Shown here in pieces: positions 1-9,111 of a stretch of 21,869 nt of DNA. Every line of letters starts with the position of its first letter. Within the stretch, counting starts at the first letter, position 1. The DNA lies in contig JAPDJI010000003.1 of NCBI GenBank assembly GCA_029259155.1, positions 1 through 21,869 of the forward strand, read 5' to 3'. The translations under genes and the position numbers were made by a program. The DNA is from Candidatus Methanomethylicia archaeon (lineage in GTDB: Archaea > Thermoproteota > Methanomethylicia > Nezhaarchaeales > B40-G2). The notes beneath the pieces are model-generated. The model saw nothing but the letters and a program-made list of their open reading frames with translations. It did no database searches and was not told the origin of the DNA.

Positions 1-139
1 AGGATGTTTTAGCTAAAGCTGGCTTCAAGGGGCTGACGGTCACGAACGTCAAGGGGAGAGGGGGGACGGCGTGATATTCATATCCACGGTGGAGAGAACT
101 ATAAGGATAAGGACGGGTGAAGAGGAAGGAAAAACGTAA
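1..139 (+). pseudogene. glnB: P-II (GlnB/GlnK) nitrogen regulatory protein remnant with internal deletion and frameshift; 5' end outside window
   Basis: Frame from nt 3 reads DVLAKAGFKGLTVTNVKGRG (P-II N-terminal part) and stops at TGA 72-74. A second frame from nt 62 reads GDGVIFISTVERTIRIRTGEEEGKT* (P-II C-terminal signature GDGxIF...IRIRTGE). The junction lies in the G-run at 60-65. Not in the ORF track. Confidence 0.85.
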
Positions 140-173
140 CTTGATAATAGCTCAAGGATAGGTAGGCTCTTTC

Positions 174-330
174 CTTTCAACTCTCTTTTCATGAGATTCT
201 ATTGTAAGCACACAGTCTTGGAGCGTAAGCGTTGAGCCCTTTCAACTCTCTTTTCATGAGATTCTAGAAAGTTGAATAGTAGTGCTAGTAGTATCCATCC
301 TACTCTTTCAACTCTCTTTTCATGAGATTC
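174..330 (-). CRISPR. CRISPR mini-array, 3 repeats / 2 spacers
   Basis: Identical 26-bp repeat CTTTCAACTCTCTTTTCATGAGATTC at 174-199, 239-264 and 305-330. Each is followed by T, so the repeat may be 27 bp. Spacers are 39 and 40 bp. The reverse complement GAATCTCATGAAAAGAGAGTTGAAAG has the typical crenarchaeal GAATCTC...TTGAAAG form, implying minus-strand transcription. Confidence 0.92.
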
Positions 331-544
331 TGAAAGTTTATATACTAGTGTCTTCAGGCGTCCGTTGCTTTCATGTTAGGGGCTGTTCCCTTTAAAATGT
401 TTATTGGTTTAGCTTCTTGCGGGAGAGGGGTGGGCTTCTTTAAATAATGTAGGTTTTCCTGAAGGTTTTGTTTGTTGAGCGGTTGGTTTTTGGGTGGAGA
501 GGGTGCTTGGATTTGTTGTTTGGAGGCTTTGTGTAGCTTGATGT
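331..544 (-). promoter_or_regulatory. Probable CRISPR leader
   Basis: Low-complexity ~210-bp stretch with AT-rich TATA-like patches and no convincing gene, on the predicted 5' side of the array. Confidence 0.55.
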
Positions 545-2609
545 TTACTGTGTGTTTGAGGTGTGTATTCTGCATAGGTAGGATTTGAGCGCTGGGTAGC
601 CGACTACGTGGGTTTCTGGCTTGTCGTTGGTGAGGATGTTTACGTTGCTTTCCCTCCATCCGTGGGGTATGTTGACGACCTCTGGGATGATGTCCTCGGT
701 GATCTTGGCTTTAGCCTTTATGCTTCCCCTTAAGGTTTCGACGACGACCCATTGTCCGTCGCTGACCTGGAACTTCTTGGCGGTGGCTGGGTTGAGCTCG
801 ACTGTGGGTTCAGGTTCTCTGCTTCGAAGCTTGTCGAGGTTTCTGAGCTGTGAGTGTAGGAACCATAGGGTTCTGGAGCCTGTAACTAGTATGAGGGGGT
901 ATTGCTTGGCTAGTTCTGGGCTGTTTCTGGGGCTTTCGCTTGGTTCGAGGTGGATTGGTAGTGGGCTATACCCCATTTTTTCCAATGTCTCGGAGTATAT
1001 TTCGATCTTCCCCGTGGGGGTCTTGAAACCTGTCTTTAAGTACTCGCCGTAGTTGGCTTTACCGTAGGGGACTCCTTCAGGTTTTTCCTCTAATAGGAGT
1101 TTTAGGGTTAGGCCTGAGGGTTTAAGGACGTAGTCTATGTAGTCGGCTATGTCGCTCCAAGGGAAGTATTCTTTGAAGCCCATCCTCTCGGCTAGTTTGA
1201 GGTAGAACTTCCAGTCGGGCCATGAATCCCACAGCGGCTTGACGGCTTCCTTGCGTAGCATCACGTAGGGGATGCCGTTAACCGTGCCGTAGTAGTCGCA
1301 GAGCTCCATTCTTTCAAGGAAGGTGGATGCGGGTAGGACTAGGTCTGCGAGCTCAGCGGTCTCGGTCATGAAGATGTCCATGACTGCCAGGAAGTCGACC
1401 GCCTCGAGAGCTCTCTTGACTTTTCTCGAGTTGGGCCACGTCAATACTGGGTTGGAGGCTGAGGCGACCACCGCCTTGATAGGGTAGGGGTTGCCTTCCA
1501 GGATGGCGTCGGCTAGTAGGAGGGCTTGTCCCTCACCGAAGAGCCTACCCCAGCACTCGTAGAAAAGGGGGTATTGGTCTGCTCCAAGCGGCTTGCCTTC
1601 AAGCTTCTCAGGTAACCTGATAGGTGAGAGGTGGACTCTGCTGGTGCGTATGAAGCCTCCGGGCACGTCTATGTTGCCGGTTATCGCTTGAAGTATAGCT
1701 ATGGAGCGAGCGGTGTAGAAGCCTCCCGCTGTCTGGTCGAGGGCGTTGACTCCTTGAACTATGCAGGCTGGCTTGACCGTGGCGAATAGCCTAGCGGCCT
1801 CCCTGATCTCAGCGGCTGGCACCCAGGTTAGTTCTTCGACTAGGTCTAAGGTGTAGGTTTTCACGTGTTCAGCCAGCTTGTTGAAGCCGACCGTCCATTT
1901 CTCCACGAACTCCCTGTCGAAGAGGCCTTCCTGGATGATGACGTTTAACATGCCTAGGGCTAAGGCAGAGTCGGAGCCTGGACGAGGCTTTAAGTGTAGT
2001 GAAGCTTTTTTAGCGAAAAGAGTACGTCTAGGGTCTATGACGATCAGCTTAGCCCCTCTGCTAAGCCCCTCCTCGATGCGCCTAGCCCAGGGAGGCCTTG
2101 AGTGGTGGGGGTTTGAACCCCATAGAACTATGCACTTTGAGTTTTCAGGTTCAGCTACGCAGAACTTACCGAGCGTCAATATGTATGCGATGATCTGGTT
2201 ACGGTAACAAAGGCTTTCAGGGGAGAACACGTTGGGTGAGCCTAGGACGTCGAAGAACCTGCGAACGAGGCTTACTGTTGAGTGGCCGCCTAGGAGTATA
2301 GGCATCCCTATGATGCCTGCGATGGACCTAGCCCCATGAAGCTTCTTCGCCTCACCTGGAGGCGATCAGGTCTAGGGCCTCCTTCCAGGACACCTCGACC
2401 CAACGTTCCCCCACCTTCCTTAAAGGTCTCTTTAACCTGTCAGGATGGTACACGTAGTCTATGCTCGCTAACCCTTTCGGGCATAGCATACCTCGGTTGA
2501 GGGGGTGCTCAGCCATCCCCTCTACTTTAACCGCCCTATCACCATCGACGTAGATGTTCATGCCACAGCCTAAGTGACACAGCCCACAGGCGGTCTTGAC
2601 CACCTTCAA
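545..2609 (-). pseudogene. Molybdopterin oxidoreductase (DMSO reductase/MopB superfamily) catalytic subunit, split by a frameshift at ~2354
   Basis: 2352-2609 encodes the N-terminal 4Fe-4S domain (CGLCHLGC...LCPKG...HPDRLKRPL). 545-2305 encodes the rest (GSPN...ESLC ligand Cys, WGSNP, VIDPRRT, ADLVLPAS, C-terminal molydopterin dinucleotide-binding domain). The downstream frame is open from 2353 (EAKKLHGARSIAGIIG-MPILL). The joined product would be ~687 aa. Confidence 0.85.
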
Positions 2610-2855
2610 GTCTAGCTCACCTTAACCTCCACCTTAAAGTTGACGAAAGCTTCTCATAAGCTTTGTTTTAAGAGACGCTAAGCGCAGCGTGGAGCCGCTC
2701 TACAGCTTTTTCAGGCGCTTACAGGAGTGTTTGGAGACTGAGCTGATAGTAGACCTTCAAAGCAGGTTTTTAGATTTAAGAGGTTACGTCCATGTTAGAG
2801 GCGGCGGAGCGCTTCGCTAGAGTTTCTTCAGCTGAGAAGAAGGTCTAAGCCATTA

Positions 2856-3971
2856 CTAAGCACACTTGAGCGTTGAGCTAAGGCCTTCCTCAACCTCCTT
2901 GTAGAGAGCTAAGGTCTGCTCAGCCGCTCTCCTCCATGTAAAGCGGCTCGCCCTCTCCATCCCTTTGTAGGCCAGCTTTCTCCTCAACCCCTCATCGGTC
3001 AGCATGGTGGCTAAGGCCTGCTTCCACCCCTCAACGTCCCAGGGATCGACGTATAGAGCTGCATCCCCTAGAACCTCAGGCATGCAGGCAGCGTTGGATG
3101 AGAGCACTGGGCATCCACAAGCCATGGCTTCAAGCGGAGGCCAGCCGAAGCCTTCGTAGAGTGAGGGGAAGGCGAAGAGCTCAGCGCCTGTGTAGAGGCT
3201 TGCCAGGCAAGATTGAGGGACCCAGTCGAGGATGATGACGTCCTCGCTTATCCCTAAATCCCTGGTGAGCCTCAAAGTCTCTTCCCTAAACTTTGCTTCA
3301 CGTCCACCTGCGCGGCCCGCCTTCACTAGCTTCAAGTCCTTGAGCTCAGGGTTCTCCTGTTTAACCCGGCTGAAGGCCTTGAAGAGCGTGGCAAGGTTCT
3401 TCCTAGGGTGCTCGGAGCCCACGTAGAGTATGTAGGGCTCCTCGCAGGGCCTCCAGCCGTAGGTTGGCTTGAAGATCTCGTCGATCCCATGGTATATGAC
3501 CTCCACCTTCTCCTCAGGGACCTCCAAGTGTTTGACCACGTCGAGCTTGGTGCGTTGAGAAGGGACGATTATCTTCACCGCCTTCTTGACACCCTCGTAG
3601 TCTGAGCGTAGCAAGAGCCTATCCTTCAAGTTAGGTTTATGTATTAAGGGGCCGTAGCCCTTAGCGTCGAAGTACCTTATGAGGTCGTGAACCGTTATTA
3701 TGAAGGGCTTCTTGAGGAGGAGGCCAATCCTCCCTAGGTGGTGGTTGGGTAGGTGCGGGATGCCCTCCAGCTTATCGAGGGTCTTAGCGAACTTCCATAT
3801 GAAGTGGAGCTCCTTGAGGGTTGAAGGGCTAAAGAGCGGTTTATGGAACCTTTCGCGAACCCTTTGATAGGCGTCGGTGTGGAGGGTGGGGGCTTGAAGG
3901 TAGCTCGAGAGCCTAATGCTGTAGAGGTCCAATGAGCCTCTACCGTGAGTTACCACGAGAAAGACCCTCAA
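2856..3971 (-). CDS. Glycosyltransferase family 4 (GT-B fold)
   Basis: Motifs ITVHDL, YVGSEHPRKN, FPSLYEGFGWPPLEAMACGCPV and FTWRRAAEQT. Confidence 0.92.
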   Translation of the reverse strand: MRVFLVVTHGRGSLDLYSIRLSSYLQAPTLHTDAYQRVRERFHKPLFSPSTLKELHFIWKFAKTLDKLEGIPHLPNHHLGRIGLLLKKPFIITVHDLIRYFDAKGYGPLIHKPNLKDRLLLRSDYEGVKKAVKIIVPSQRTKLDVVKHLEVPEEKVEVIYHGIDEIFKPTYGWRPCEEPYILYVGSEHPRKNLATLFKAFSRVKQENPELKDLKLVKAGRAGGREAKFREETLRLTRDLGISEDVIILDWVPQSCLASLYTGAELFAFPSLYEGFGWPPLEAMACGCPVLSSNAACMPEVLGDAALYVDPWDVEGWKQALATMLTDEGLRRKLAYKGMERASRFTWRRAAEQTLALYKEVEEGLSSTLKCA

Positions 3972-4063
3972 GAACGATCCCCCTGAGTAATGTGAGAGCT
4001 GCGCGAGGCTACCGCTTCATTATAAAGGCGCTTCTATAAAAAACTTTGATTAGGAGTCAAAGG

Positions 4064-4912
4064 CTAGGGAGGCTCCACGCCATAGAAAACAGCCACGTTA
4101 TCCACCAGTATTCTATCCGCGTCGGGAACGCTTAAAGCTCCCTGATAGATCAGCTTCCTGAAGGAGGAGGCGATGGACCAGGGCGCCACGACGGCGCCAG
4201 GCCTCTTAGGGTCATCGAGGTAGTCAGACTCGACGAGGAAGCTTAGCGGTCTGGGCTGGCGTAGCGCCTCCACTAAGTCCTTAAACCTAGCTGGAATAGA
4301 GGAGGCTAAGCCGAGCTCAGCTGCCCGCCTCCAGACATGTGGCTCAGCGTGGTGGAGCAGCACCCTCCTAGCCTTCTTCGCCCTTGCCCTCCTAGCAACA
4401 TCCTCCACGGTGGCTAAGCCTCCCCTCTCCACGTGTATATGAACCGGGCAGTCGAGGTCGTGTGCCAGCTCAAGCACGTGGTCTAGGATGACGTTGCATA
4501 GCTCTACGGCTTCGCGAGGAGCTGGAAAATGTGGGCGGCCCACCTCGCCTAGCCCCTGCGCCTGCCCTTCCTTAACCATGCGTGCGGCTGCTTCATATGC
4601 ACCTACCACCAGCCCTTCCACCTCGTCTCGTTTAAGGCCTGTCTCCATTAACCTAACCACCTCAGCTGGATGGACACCTATAATAGCAGCACACACCAGC
4701 CCTTCCCTCCTCATCACCTCCACCGCCTCCACGTTTAGCTTAAACACCTCTACGTAGTCCTCTACGCGCCTAGCGAGGCCACGGTAGCTCCATGAGAGAA
4801 GCGAGGCCACTGCGATGAACCAGCCACCAGACTCCTTAAACCTCCTCGCCAACCTGCTAGGCCCTAACCCTTTAACCGGGTTGACGTGGCTATGAGCGTC
4901 GCCAACAAGCAT
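4064..4912 (-). CDS. TatD-family (amidohydrolase fold) metal-dependent hydrolase
   Basis: Motifs DAHSH, GVHP, GLGEVGRPHF, HIHVE, LHHAE and VESDYLDDPKRPG, matching the archaeal TatD-related family. Confidence 0.85.
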   Translation of the reverse strand: MLVGDAHSHVNPVKGLGPSRLARRFKESGGWFIAVASLLSWSYRGLARRVEDYVEVFKLNVEAVEVMRREGLVCAAIIGVHPAEVVRLMETGLKRDEVEGLVVGAYEAAARMVKEGQAQGLGEVGRPHFPAPREAVELCNVILDHVLELAHDLDCPVHIHVERGGLATVEDVARRARAKKARRVLLHHAEPHVWRRAAELGLASSIPARFKDLVEALRQPRPLSFLVESDYLDDPKRPGAVVAPWSIASSFRKLIYQGALSVPDADRILVDNVAVFYGVEPP

Positions 4913-4996
4913 GCCTAGACGCCTACGACGCGTTGTCGATGTTAAACTTATAAAGGTGCTGTGTCCTCTTGACCCTGCTTAAAGAGAGGGGTACGC

Positions 4997-5458
4997 TTGC
5001 CAACCTTCGGCTACTCGGTGAAGGAACTAGACCCTGATAAGACCTGTCTAGCTAGTGGTAGGGATCTTAGAGTTAGCTTCAAGAAAATGGTGGAGCTCTG
5101 CGCCTCCATAAGAGGCCTTAAGCTAGAGGAGGCCGAGAAGCTTCTGGAGGACGTTATAGCTAAGAGGAGGATGATACCTTTCAGGAGGTTTAAGAAGAAG
5201 AGGGCTCACCACGGCAGTATCGACGGTTACCCTGCCGGCGGCTACCCTGTCAAGGCGGCTAAGGAGCTGCTCAAAGTCTTGAAGAACGCTGAGAACAACG
5301 CTGAGAACAAAGGCCTCGACGCGTCGAGGCTCTACGTGAAGCACGCCGCCGCCCAGAAGGGCTTCAAGATACGTAAATACATCCCTAGAGCCTTCGGCAG
5401 GGCCACCCCCTACTTCCAAGAGTTAACCCACGTAGAGGTGGCGTTGGAGGAGAGGTAG
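4997..5458 (+). CDS. rpl22: 50S ribosomal protein L22 (uL22)
   Basis: Motifs RVSFKK, GGYPVKAA, NAENNAENKGLD and PRAFGRA; TTG start. Confidence 0.97.
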   Translation: MPTFGYSVKELDPDKTCLASGRDLRVSFKKMVELCASIRGLKLEEAEKLLEDVIAKRRMIPFRRFKKKRAHHGSIDGYPAGGYPVKAAKELLKVLKNAENNAENKGLDASRLYVKHAAAQKGFKIRKYIPRAFGRATPYFQELTHVEVALEER

Positions 5459-5460
5459 AC

Positions 5461-6111
5461 ATGGCCGACGTCAAGAAGATGTTCGTGGAGAAAGCGGTGA
5501 AGAAGCTTGACGTAGATAGGTTCCTGGCAAAGGAGCTGGAGAGAGCTGGCTACCTAGGCGTAGAGGTCCAGAAGACACCGCTAGGGACCCACTTAACCAT
5601 CTACGCTGAGAGGCCAGGCTTAGTCATCGGTAGGCACGGGATGACTGTGAGGGAGCTGGCGGAGAAGCTGGAGAAAGAGTTTGGGCTTGAAAGGCCGCAG
5701 ATAGGCGTAGTTTCCGTGCCCGTACCTGAGCTTAACGCTAAGATCATGGCTTTAAGGGTTGCCTCAGCCCTCGAGCGCGGTATACATTTCAGGAGAGCTG
5801 CGTTCGTAGCGCTTAACAGGATCATGGAGGCAGGGGCTCTAGGAGCTGAGGTTATCATTAGGGGTAAGCTTAGGACGGAGAGAGCTAGGTATGAGAAGCT
5901 TAGGACAGGCTTGCTGCTGAAGGCTGGCGAGATAGCGGAGGAGTACGTAGAGGAAGCAGTAGCCCACGCGTTCCTCAAGCAGGGGAAGGTGGGGGTTAAG
6001 GTTAAGATCATGCTTCCACAAGCAAAGGAAGCGTTAAAGCTTCTTGACCGAGGAGAGATAGCCCAAGTAGCTCAAGAAGGGGAGGGTGGCGGTGGCCATA
6101 CTGAGGGTTAG
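5461..6111 (+). CDS. rps3: 30S ribosomal protein S3 (uS3)
   Basis: KH domain RPGLVIGRHG, plus FRRAA and GAEVIIRGKL...RAR. Confidence 0.97.
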   Translation: MADVKKMFVEKAVKKLDVDRFLAKELERAGYLGVEVQKTPLGTHLTIYAERPGLVIGRHGMTVRELAEKLEKEFGLERPQIGVVSVPVPELNAKIMALRVASALERGIHFRRAAFVALNRIMEAGALGAEVIIRGKLRTERARYEKLRTGLLLKAGEIAEEYVEEAVAHAFLKQGKVGVKVKIMLPQAKEALKLLDRGEIAQVAQEGEGGGGHTEG

Positions 6112-6310
6112 CGAGGTCAGGAAGATGAAGCCGGAGGAACGCGTAGAGAAGCTTAACGAGCTATATGCTGAGCTTAGAAAGCTTAGGGCTAAGGTAGCTT
6201 CAGGAGGAGCCTTAGAGAACCCTGGGAAGCTTAGGGAGCTTAGGAGGACCATAGCTAGGATCCTTACGATCCAGCGCGAGGAGGAGTTGAAGAAGGTAGC
6301 TAAGCGTTGA
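6086..6310 (+). CDS. rpl29: 50S ribosomal protein L29 (uL29)
   Basis: Motif ENPGKLRELRRTIARILT; conserved position after rps3. Confidence 0.96.
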   Translation: MAVAILRVSEVRKMKPEERVEKLNELYAELRKLRAKVASGGALENPGKLRELRRTIARILTIQREEELKKVAKR

Positions 6311-6591
6311 AGATAACCCCCCGCAACTTAATCCGCCACGAGCTAATAGGGCTAGAGGTAGAGGTAGTAGAGAGCACCCATCCAGGCTACGTGGGGATAA
6401 AGGGAGTGGTCCTAGACGAAACCATGAACCTACTGCTCGTGAAGACGGAGCGAGGGGTCAAGGCGATACCTAAGAAGACATCCACCTTCAGGTTTAAGCT
6501 CCCCGACGGGGTTAAAGTCGACGTGGAAGGCTGGGTTATAGCGGCTAGGCCTGAGGACAGGGTGAAGAGGAGGATAAAGAAAAAATGGTAG
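6307..6591 (+). CDS. rnp1: Ribonuclease P protein component 1 (Rpp29/Pop4)
   Basis: Motifs NLIRHELIGL, GVVLDETMN and ARPEDR; conserved position between rpl29 and rps17. Confidence 0.95.
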   Translation: MKITPRNLIRHELIGLEVEVVESTHPGYVGIKGVVLDETMNLLLVKTERGVKAIPKKTSTFRFKLPDGVKVDVEGWVIAARPEDRVKRRIKKKW

Positions 6592-6642
6592 CCCGTAAAG
6601 CTTAAAGCACGCCGATAGGTCAGCTTCGAGGAGTCAAGGCCT

Positions 6643-6978
6643 ATGCCGAAGCCAGGTATACCTGGAATTAAGCCGCCTGAAGCGGAGTGCGAGGACCCTA
6701 ACTGTCCCTTCCACGGCACTCTACCTGTCCGAGGAATAATCCTGAGGGGTAAGGTGGTGAGCGTTAAGCGTAAAGGGACGGTTACGGTGCTCCGCGAATA
6801 CCTCCACTACGTCTCCAAGTACAAGAGGTATGAAAGGAGGAGGAGTAAGCTGAGCGCCCATTGCCCTCCATGCCTACATATAGCTGAGGGCGACGAGGTA
6901 ATCATAGGGGAGTGCAGGCCGCTCTCCAAGACAGTGAGCTTCGTGGTGCTAGGCAAAGCTAAGACAAGTAGTGGTTAG
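6643..6978 (+). CDS. rps17: 30S ribosomal protein S17 (uS17)
   Basis: Motifs [21 protein letters not shown] and GECRPLSKT. Confidence 0.97.
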   Translation: MPKPGIPGIKPPEAECEDPNCPFHGTLPVRGIILRGKVVSVKRKGTVTVLREYLHYVSKYKRYERRRSKLSAHCPPCLHIAEGDEVIIGECRPLSKTVSFVVLGKAKTSSG

Positions 6979-7034
6979 CGCAACGTTTTTAGAATGCCTT
7001 CCGTAGCTAAGACAGGCACGCTAGGGGATAGAGC

Positions 7035-7463
7035 TTGGCCAAGAGAGGGATTAAAGGAGCGGTCGGCATAACCTACAGGCCTAGGATAAGCCCAGGCCTA
7101 CCTCTAGGAGCTATGGTTAGGTGCGCCGATAACAGCGGCGCGCAGGAAGTCAAGATAATAGGTGTGATAGGCAGGAAAAGCAGGCTTAGAAGGGTACCTG
7201 CAGCTGCGGTTGGAGATATGGTCATAGTTTCCGTGAGGAAAGGTAAGGCTGAGCTGAGGAAACAGGTTATGAAGGCGGTCGTGGTGAGGCAGCGTAAACC
7301 CTACAGGAGGATGAACGGGGTGTGGGTGCAGTTCGAGGACAACGCCGTGGTCATCGTGGGGGCTGAAGGAGAACCTAAGGGAACCGAGATAAGAGGCCCC
7401 GTGGCTAAGGAAGCTGCGGAGAGATGGCCTAAGATAGCGGCCTTAACCACCATGGTGGTGTAG
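7035..7463 (+). CDS. rpl14: 50S ribosomal protein L14 (uL14)
   Basis: Motifs ADNSGA, AAVGDM, FEDNAVV and [12 protein letters not shown]; TTG start. Confidence 0.97.
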   Translation: MAKRGIKGAVGITYRPRISPGLPLGAMVRCADNSGAQEVKIIGVIGRKSRLRRVPAAAVGDMVIVSVRKGKAELRKQVMKAVVVRQRKPYRRMNGVWVQFEDNAVVIVGAEGEPKGTEIRGPVAKEAAERWPKIAALTTMVV

Positions 7464-7464
7464 G

Positions 7465-7848
7465 ATGGCTACTAGGTCAAGTAAGCCTTCCAAGCAGCGC
7501 TACGCCCTCTACAACGCTCCTATCCACGTTAAACGTAAGATGCTAGCCGCTCCACTATCCAAGGAGCTTAGGAAACAGTACGGCATAAGGTCCCTGCCTG
7601 TCAGGAAGGGAGACACCGTAATGGTGGCTAGGGGGGACCATAAAGGCAGGACCGGGAAGATAACCAAGGTATCCATCTCTAAGTGTAGGGTCTTCATCGA
7701 GGGGATCATGGGGGAGAAGATGGACGGCACCAAGTACCCCATACCCTTCCACCCCTCCAACTTAATCATCACTAAGCTAGACCTCTCCGATAAGATGAGG
7801 AAACAGATCTTAGAGAGAAGAGCCTCAGCGGGTGTTAGCCGTGGGTAA
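7465..7848 (+). CDS. rpl24: 50S ribosomal protein L24 (uL24)
   Basis: Motifs KPSKQR...NAP, KOW motif VRKGDTVMVARGD and HPSNL. Confidence 0.97.
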   Translation: MATRSSKPSKQRYALYNAPIHVKRKMLAAPLSKELRKQYGIRSLPVRKGDTVMVARGDHKGRTGKITKVSISKCRVFIEGIMGEKMDGTKYPIPFHPSNLIITKLDLSDKMRKQILERRASAGVSRG

Positions 7849-8599
7849 AATGGGTGGAAGCTCACATTTAAAGCGCCTCCCAGCCCCCGCTTTCTGGCCT
7901 ATCAAGCGCAAGGAGCATAAATGGGCGGTTAAGCCAAGCCCTGGCCCCCACCCCTTCGAGGCCTGTATACCTCTCCAAGTCATAATTAGAGATCTTTTAG
8001 GCTACGCTGAGGCGGGGAGGGAGGCTAAGATAATCATAAGCCGCGGGGAGGTCAAAGTAGACGGTAGGGTAAGGAAAGACCGTAGATACCCCGTAGGATT
8101 GATGGATGTGGTCGAGATACCTAAGCTGAACAAAGCCTTCAGGGTTATACCTCACCCTCAAAACTTCCTTCACCTACATGAAATCCCTCCTCCCGAAGCT
8201 GGCTTTAAGCTATGTAGGGTGGAGGGTAAGACCACGGTGAAGGGGGGACACATTCAGCTTAACCTCCACGACGGTAGGAACGTCTTGGTCAAGGTGTCGG
8301 ATCCACGTAAACCGGTCGAGGACGTGTTCAAGACCATGGACGTCCTCAAGGTCACCCTACCAGGCTCCGAAATCCTAGAGCACTTTAAGATGGAGCCTGG
8401 AGCCTTAGCTGTAGTCGTAGGAGGCAAGAACATAGGTAGGATCGGCAGGATAGTGGAGATAAGCGAAGCCGTGTTCAGGGAGCAGAGGCTGGTGGTCTTA
8501 GAGGATAAGAAAGGGGAGAGGTTCTCGACCAGCTACCTATACGCCTTCGTGATAGGCTCGGAGCGACCAGCCATATCACTCCCTGAAGGGTGGTGGTGA
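7841..8599 (+). CDS. rps4e: 30S ribosomal protein S4e (eS4)
   Basis: Motifs HLKRLPAP, PSPGPH, VKVDGRVR and GGHIQLNLHDGRN. Start placed at GTG 7841 (MGKMGG); 7832 and ATG 7850 are alternatives. Confidence 0.96.
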   Translation: MGKMGGSSHLKRLPAPAFWPIKRKEHKWAVKPSPGPHPFEACIPLQVIIRDLLGYAEAGREAKIIISRGEVKVDGRVRKDRRYPVGLMDVVEIPKLNKAFRVIPHPQNFLHLHEIPPPEAGFKLCRVEGKTTVKGGHIQLNLHDGRNVLVKVSDPRKPVEDVFKTMDVLKVTLPGSEILEHFKMEPGALAVVVGGKNIGRIGRIVEISEAVFREQRLVVLEDKKGERFSTSYLYAFVIGSERPAISLPEGWW

Positions 8600-9111
8600 T
8601 GTCGGAGAACGCCATGAGAAGGCTGGTGGTAAGCAAGGTAGTAGTGAACATGGCTGTAGGCACGTCGGGGGAGAAGCTGATGAAAGCCGCTCAAATTCTC
8701 GAAAAGCTTACAGGCCAGAAGCCTAGCTTCAGGAAGGCTAAGAGGACCATCAAGGACTTCGGGATAAGGAAGGGGGAGAACATTGCCTGCATCGTGACTC
8801 TACGGGGAGAGAAGGCTCTAGACTTCCTGAAACGAGCCTTAACAGCAGTGGACTTCAAGGTTAAGAGGAGCAGCTTCGACCCTCATGGAAACTTCGCCTT
8901 CGGCGTGAAGGAACACATAAGCCTACCTGGCGTTAAATACGACCCTGAGCTCGGAATACACGGCTTCGACGTATGCGTAACAGTCGAGCGCCCAGGCTAT
9001 AGGGTTGAGAGGCGTAGACGGAAGAGGTCTAAGGTGGGAGCTAGCCATAGAGTGACCAAGACGGAGGCCATGGAGTTCGTGGAGAAGGAGCTAGGCGTAA
9101 CGCTGATCTAA
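8599..9111 (+). CDS. rpl5: 50S ribosomal protein L5 (uL5)
   Basis: Motifs KVVVNM, FGIRKGE, GNFAFG and YDPELGIHG. ATG 8599 overlaps the rps4e stop (TGATG). Confidence 0.97.
   Translation: MSENAMRRLVVSKVVVNMAVGTSGEKLMKAAQILEKLTGQKPSFRKAKRTIKDFGIRKGENIACIVTLRGEKALDFLKRALTAVDFKVKRSSFDPHGNFAFGVKEHISLPGVKYDPELGIHGFDVCVTVERPGYRVERRRRKRSKVGASHRVTKTEAMEFVEKELGVTLI

Noticed and set aside
354-659. 101-aa minus-strand ORF
   Set aside because: Low-complexity K/Q/P/N product of the strand skew; overlaps the oxidoreductase end and the CRISPR leader.
2352-2354. In-frame TGA in a molybdoenzyme as possible selenocysteine
   Set aside because: Read-through hits TAG within 8 codons, homology continues in a different frame, and the metal-ligand position is already Cys (ESLC).
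2689-2820. 43-codon plus-strand ORF (MEPLYSFFRRLQ...)
   Set aside because: No SD, no recognisable motif; cannot be distinguished from chance or a remnant.
2857-2878. Resemblance of CRISPR spacer 1 to the glycosyltransferase 3' end (TAAGCACAC and AGCGTTGAGC)
   Set aside because: The 9- and 10-nt blocks are 14 nt apart in the spacer but 3 nt apart here. An 11-nt gap is incompatible with targeting, so this is probably chance.
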